Shown piece after piece: positions 60,089 through 64,000 of a DNA stretch of 64,000 bases; positions within the stretch are counted from its first letter, which is position 1; each line of letters starts with the position of its first letter. Location of the stretch: contig DYIT01000012.1 in the NCBI GenBank assembly GCA_020723505.1, positions 372 to 64,371 of the forward strand. The letters are read 5' to 3'. The stretch comes from Candidatus Kuenenia stuttgartensis. GTDB taxonomy: Bacteria; Planctomycetota; JAKEIC01; DYIT01. The notes under the pieces are model-generated. The model saw only the letters and a program-made list of their open reading frames with translations. It ran no database searches and had not been told where the DNA came from. The translations under genes were made by a program, and so were the position numbers.

Positions 60089-60130
60089 CGAAGTCCCCCT
60101 TGATGAAGGTTCCAACCCGACCCTTATTAT

Positions 60131-60225
60131 TAATCGCCGCCTCGGGGAGCAAGTCTTCCCCGGCGGCTCCCACAGACTTTTCCATCCGGCAGCGCCAGGG
60201 CTTTTCCGGCGGCTCCCACAGGCTT
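60131..60225. repeat. family-D element copy 2 plus a partial third box
   Basis: TAATCGCCGCCTCG (60131-60144), CGGCGGCTCCCACAGACTT (60161-60179), CGGCGGCTCCCACAGGCTT (60207-60225). Lies between the lgt stop and the hemL start. Confidence 0.65.
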
Positions 60226-60234
60226 TTCCGCCGG

Positions 60235-61338
60235 TCAAGTCTTCTTCCCCTGTCCGGAGCCGGCAGTACCCTTGCCCAGGGCTTCCCCCCCCCCCGCCGC
60301 GGGCTCGAAGGCGCAGGACCCGGCGCCGCGGAGCTTCGCGGCCATGAGCCATGCGAAGGCAGGGACGGCAAGCGCGGCGACCGCTACGCTCACGACCTGG
60401 CCTATCGTCAGCCCGGTGCCGAACACGGGATCGGTGTCGTTCCGAAGGCACTCGACCAGGAACCTCTGCACCGAGTAGAGGAAGAGCATGAGGAAGAAGA
60501 CTTCGCCGTGGACCCGGCGCCTGAAGGTGAGTCCGCTGTACGCGGCGGCGGCCAGGAATATGACGAAGCAGTCGGCGGACTCGTAGAGCTGCGTGGGATG
60601 AATGAACACCCCGCTCCCGTGCGGCTCGTTCAGCGCCAGGAAGAAATCCCCGGAGCACTCCTTCCCGAAGCAGCAGCCGTTGAGGAAGCACCCGAACCTC
60701 GCGAACGCCACGCCCAGGGGCAGGGCGGGCGCGATGACGTCCCCCACGCGCAGGATGCCGACTCCCCTCGCCTTCAGGAAAGCGATTCCGGCAATCGATC
60801 CGCCCAGGAGCCCGCCGTAGAATACCAGCCCGCCCTTCCAGACCTCGAAGAAGCTGAGCAGGCTCCTTCCCTCGTAGTGAGATCCGAACTGGACGAAGTG
60901 GAATACCCTCGCCCCGAGGATGCCCGCGACCATGGTCCAAAGGCCCAGGTCGAGAATCACGTTCACGTCCAGGCCCGCCTGCGCGGCCCTGAACCCGGAC
61001 ACGAGAATCGCCATCGCGAATCCCGTCATGACCATGAAGCCGTAGGAATAGATGGGGATGGACTTGTCCGCGAAATCCTCGTTGAGCGCCACGCCGCCGA
61101 CCAATCCGAAGGCAATTGCCAGCGACACTGCGATGGGTCCGGCCTGGACGGGCTTCCTCGCGCCCTTCTCGTCCCGGCCCCCGCTCCTCAGGGCATAGTA
61201 GAGCGCGAAAGCAACGGCGACCGCTGCGCCGGCCGCGGCAATCGTCCTTGCGCTGGGTATCTCTACGAGAACGGGACGCTGGCCCCTCAGGACCGGTTCG
61301 GAAGCCTGCGCGACTGCGAGCGACATGCCGGAAAACAT
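60235..61338 (-). CDS. lgt: prolipoprotein diacylglyceryl transferase
   Basis: IYSYGFMVMTGF..GARVFHF..WKGGLVFYGGLLGG..RFGCFLNGCCFGK..HPTQLYES. Has N- and C-terminal extensions. A G11 tract lies in the C-terminal tail. Confidence 0.85.
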   Translation of the reverse strand: MFSGMSLAVAQASEPVLRGQRPVLVEIPSARTIAAAGAAVAVAFALYYALRSGGRDEKGARKPVQAGPIAVSLAIAFGLVGGVALNEDFADKSIPIYSYGFMVMTGFAMAILVSGFRAAQAGLDVNVILDLGLWTMVAGILGARVFHFVQFGSHYEGRSLLSFFEVWKGGLVFYGGLLGGSIAGIAFLKARGVGILRVGDVIAPALPLGVAFARFGCFLNGCCFGKECSGDFFLALNEPHGSGVFIHPTQLYESADCFVIFLAAAAYSGLTFRRRVHGEVFFLMLFLYSVQRFLVECLRNDTDPVFGTGLTIGQVVSVAVAALAVPAFAWLMAAKLRGAGSCAFEPAAGGGEALGKGTAGSGQGKKT

Positions 61339-61349
61339 GCGGATTCCTG

Positions 61350-62612
61350 CTATCTGCTGCCGCCGTCCCCGTCCCCTTCCCCGTCCCCCGGGACCTGCCA
61401 GCGGCTCTTTACCGATTCAACGGCTGCGTCTATGAGCGGTTTGGTCGCCGGCGTCTCGGGAATCGAGACCGCGCAGCGGAATCCCACGCAGTCCAGCCTG
61501 GACCAGGGCATGACGCCCCACCTGCCCATGACCGGATACATCCCGAGGGCCGAGAGCCTGGAAACTTTGAACGATCCGCCCCTCACGACCCTGGCGCCCC
61601 TCGGCACGAACGAATGCCTGAAGAACCGCCCGTCCACCCTGACCACCAGAGTCTGCGGGTCCCGGGGGGAGAAGTACCTGTGGAAGTCGTCCATGCAGAA
61701 CTCGGACACGTTGCCGGCCATGTCCAGGGCCCCGTAGACGGAAGAATCCTTCGGGAAGGAGCCCGGCCTCGAGGGCCTGGACGGCATGGAGTCCGGATCG
61801 GTCTCGAATACGCACTTCCCGTCCTCCCCGTACTGCGCGAAGAAGACGTTGGCGAATCCGCCCTCGTACGAGTTCCCCCAGGGAAAATACGGTCCGCCCT
61901 CGCCCTGCCGCGATTCCTCGCCCCTCGCCGCCTTCTCCCATTCGGCCTCGGTCGGCAGCCTCTTCCCGGCCCAGGACGCGTAGGCATAGGCGTCGAACCA
62001 GGTTATTCCGACCACGGGAAGGTCGTCGTATTTCGGGTTGCTGAAGTAGTCCGCCGGCAGGGCCGACTCCCCGTCCTGCCCCAGAACGGGGGCGTGGTCG
62101 GTCTCGCCGGTCTGCTGCGGATGGCGGAACGGCGCGTCGGAGTTCTCGAGCACGAATTTCAGGAACGCCCTGTACTGCCGGTTGGTCACCTCGTGCTTGT
62201 CCACGAAGAACGCGGAGATGTAGGCCCTCCTGTGCGGCAGGGTCCATGGCGGGGCAATCCAGCCAAGCTGGGCCAGTCCGGTCATGGGCACGTAGACCAT
62301 CTCGGCGCCGTCCCTCACGCTCACGAACCTGCCGTTCCTGAGCTCAATCGGCGCCTCGAAGCCGCCGATTATGGGAGCCAGAACCCTGACCTGCTCGATT
62401 TTGGACAGGAGCAGCGGCACGTCCTCCTCGGCCACGCGTGGAAGCGCCTTCCTCAGCACCTCCTCGGCCTCGGCCAGCCTCCCCTCCTGCGTCATCCTCT
62501 CGACCGCGTATAGGATGTAGAGCACCGACTCCTTCTGGTTGCACACGTAGTCCGGCGCCATGCATCCGGCAAGAAGGACGACCGCCAATCCCATTGCCGC
62601 GTATGTCTTCAC
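61350..62612 (-). CDS. formylglycine-generating-enzyme (SUMF1) family lipoprotein
   Basis: GTG start with GGGAGG SD gives VKTYAAMGLAVVLLAGC (lipobox). FFVDKHEVTNRQY..GITWFDAYAYASWAGKRLPTEAEWEKAARG..GNVSEFC..RGGSF. Confidence 0.8.
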   Translation of the reverse strand: MKTYAAMGLAVVLLAGCMAPDYVCNQKESVLYILYAVERMTQEGRLAEAEEVLRKALPRVAEEDVPLLLSKIEQVRVLAPIIGGFEAPIELRNGRFVSVRDGAEMVYVPMTGLAQLGWIAPPWTLPHRRAYISAFFVDKHEVTNRQYRAFLKFVLENSDAPFRHPQQTGETDHAPVLGQDGESALPADYFSNPKYDDLPVVGITWFDAYAYASWAGKRLPTEAEWEKAARGEESRQGEGGPYFPWGNSYEGGFANVFFAQYGEDGKCVFETDPDSMPSRPSRPGSFPKDSSVYGALDMAGNVSEFCMDDFHRYFSPRDPQTLVVRVDGRFFRHSFVPRGARVVRGGSFKVSRLSALGMYPVMGRWGVMPWSRLDCVGFRCAVSIPETPATKPLIDAAVESVKSRWQVPGDGEGDGDGGSR

Positions 62613-62920
62613 GATGACCTCCCGCCCTTCCCCGTCCCGCCAAGGCCGCGTCCCAGCGCCGGGATTCCGGCTTCCCGCCCCCAGGCAGGCGCTCCCCTTC
62701 CCGGTCCTGCGCCTGCAAGCGACCAGGGAAACTCCAAAAGTAACAGGCTCGGGGATCAAAAACAACCTGTAAACAGGTTTGATTTTCAAACACCGAATAA
62801 CGTGGGTCTCGTCTTTCTCCACCCAAACCGTTTACCCGTACGAGAACGGCAATCCTCTCGGAGACCCTGCGTAGCCGCAATCCAAGCCCGCAGGCTCCGC
62901 AGGGTCTTCGAGGGGCATTT

Positions 62921-62960
62921 ATTCCACACGAAGCGCCCGGCACCCCGCTTCGTGTGGAAT
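62921..62960. repeat. family-B hairpin, copy 2
   Basis: ATTCCACACGAAGCG (62921-62935) / CGCTTCGTGTGGAAT (62946-62960), 10-nt loop. Ends 6 nt from the stop codon of the methyltransferase gene. Confidence 0.7.
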
Positions 62961-62966
62961 ACGGCA

Positions 62967-63809
62967 TCAGGGCTTCACCGCCGTCGTGGTCTTGCTCACG
63001 CCGGGCAGAAGCAGCCTTCCGCCGGATATGCGCCCCAGCGCTTCGGCCAGGATTCCGCCCCCCACCCCCGCCAGCCTCCAGAGAGGGTTCGCAGGCCAGG
63101 TCCATCCGCCGACCACGGTCCTGACGCGGACGAATCCGCTCCTCTCGAGCAGGGCCGCGACGCTGCGGGGCGAGAACTGGCACAGGTGCGAGGGCGCATG
63201 CATGAGCCCGAGATTAAGGTTGAAGCGACTGGTCCATTTCACGAGGGGCGCGCTGTGGGGCCAGCGGAGGAGGAGGACCCCGCCGGGTTTCAGAATCCTC
63301 GCCGCTTCCAGGCACGCGGCAAGCGGATCCGGCAGGTGCTCGATGACGTAGAAAGCAGTCACTGCGTCGAAGGACCCGGGCGCGAATCCGGCCTCTTTCA
63401 AAGTCGCCCTGGCGACCGTCACGCCGAGCCTGCCCTCGGCGAAGTCCGCGCCGAATCCCGAAATCTCCAGGCCCACCGCTTCCCAGCCCCGGTCGGCCAT
63501 GAGCCTCGGGAAGAACCCGAATCCGCACCCCACGTCCAGAATCCTCCCCGGCCCGCGGACCATCTCCTCTATCATGCGCGCTGATTTGGCGAACAGCGGG
63601 GTCATGCTGATCCGCCATGCCTCAATCTCCTCCCCGGCCACCGGCAGATAGGTCTGGTAATGCCCGAGCAGCTCCCCGGCCGCGGGCCTGGGATTCATGT
63701 AGACGAGCCCGCAGGACGTGCAGGAGACGTAGCGGAACCCCGCCTCCTCGTGGAAGAACTCCCCGCCCGCGGTCCCGCACAACGGACATGAGGTTTCTTC
63801 GAGCTTCAT
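62967..63809 (-). CDS. class I SAM-dependent methyltransferase with N-terminal Cys4 zinc-ribbon-like segment
   Basis: CPLCG..x..CTSCG. Motif I ILDVGCGFGFF. Post-I and motif II/III pattern AVTAFYVIEHLPDP..LKPGGVLLL. Confidence 0.8.
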   Translation of the reverse strand: MKLEETSCPLCGTAGGEFFHEEAGFRYVSCTSCGLVYMNPRPAAGELLGHYQTYLPVAGEEIEAWRISMTPLFAKSARMIEEMVRGPGRILDVGCGFGFFPRLMADRGWEAVGLEISGFGADFAEGRLGVTVARATLKEAGFAPGSFDAVTAFYVIEHLPDPLAACLEAARILKPGGVLLLRWPHSAPLVKWTSRFNLNLGLMHAPSHLCQFSPRSVAALLERSGFVRVRTVVGGWTWPANPLWRLAGVGGGILAEALGRISGGRLLLPGVSKTTTAVKP

Positions 63810-63817
63810 GGCCTATG

Positions 63818-63975
63818 GAAATCCCAACATCCAATGACCAATATCCAAACCATGGATCCGGATGGGGAAAAAGGCCGAAATCAGCGCCCATCTGCGTGCA
63901 TTTGTGGTTCCAATTCGGTTGCGGATCTGATGCGTTATGATTTGGATTTTGGATTTCATTGGGATTTGGCTATTA
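63818..63975. repeat. low-complexity inverted repeats (ATCCAA/TTGGAT periodic) flanking a roughly 85-nt spacer
   Basis: GAAATCCCAACATCCAATGACCAATATCCAAACC (63818-63851) versus GATTTGGATTTTGGATTTCATTGGGATTTGG (63939-63969). Upstream of the methyltransferase start. Confidence 0.45.
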
Positions 63976-64000
63976 GTTGTTGGCCCGCCTTCGTCTTGAA

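Noticed and set aside
1-64000. CRISPR arrays, rRNA genes, tmRNA, RNase P RNA, SRP RNA, reverse transcriptases/retrons, and recognisable defence-island gene sets.
   Set aside because: I saw no regularly spaced direct repeats of 24-40 bp with unique spacers, no rRNA-like conserved blocks, no GGAAAGTCCGGGC-type or tRNA-like 3' tmRNA signatures, and no RT or Cas motifs in any frame. Absence is based on visual scanning only, not on covariance-model searches.

Overview
High-GC (roughly 63-66% by eye) bacterial chromosomal segment, probably from an uncultivated lineage. The gene content gives a PVC/planctomycete-like impression only: DUF1570, secreted terpene-cyclase-repeat proteins, PKD/CAP lipoproteins, an ECF sigma/anti-sigma pair. 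I can support about 55 protein genes and one tRNA-Lys(UUU). I found no rRNA and no CRISPR array. Most of the long ORFs in the six-frame track are alternate-frame or antisense artefacts of the high GC content.

Housekeeping genes: rsgA, murJ, thiE, mfd, pcnB, an outer-membrane porin plus pstSCAB, hpt, ileS, hemL, lgt, arfB.

Accessory content:
- BrnT/BrnA toxin-antitoxin pair.
- A minus-strand run of a VIT-vWA protein, an OmpR-type two-component system and two secreted alpha/alpha-toroid repeat proteins.
- A lower-GC pseudaminic-acid (pse) cluster with a formyltransferase where PseH normally sits, next to a NusG paralog.
- A DUF559 endonuclease bracketed by inverted hairpin elements.
- A decayed IS200/IS605 tnpA.
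- An AT-rich Y1/RAYT-like transposase cassette with about 30-bp inverted ends.
- A junkyard of gene remnants at 50.0-50.9 kb.

Findings I rate highest:
1. A leader-ORF plus mutually exclusive antiterminator/terminator structure upstream of RNHCP-rsgA. I do not recognise it as a described attenuator.
2. mfd is split by a -1 frame change exactly on an A AAA AAG heptamer inside an A10 tract.
3. An in-frame TGA in the anti-sigma gene is followed by 54 codons with full coding bias.
4. At least five families of intergenic hairpin or repeat elements, two of them tied to Y1-transposase or endonuclease genes.
5. A MurJ-DUF523 fusion.
6. A Pho-box-like pair of direct repeats upstream of the porin-pst operon.

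All functional calls rest on motif recognition by eye. No database search was run.
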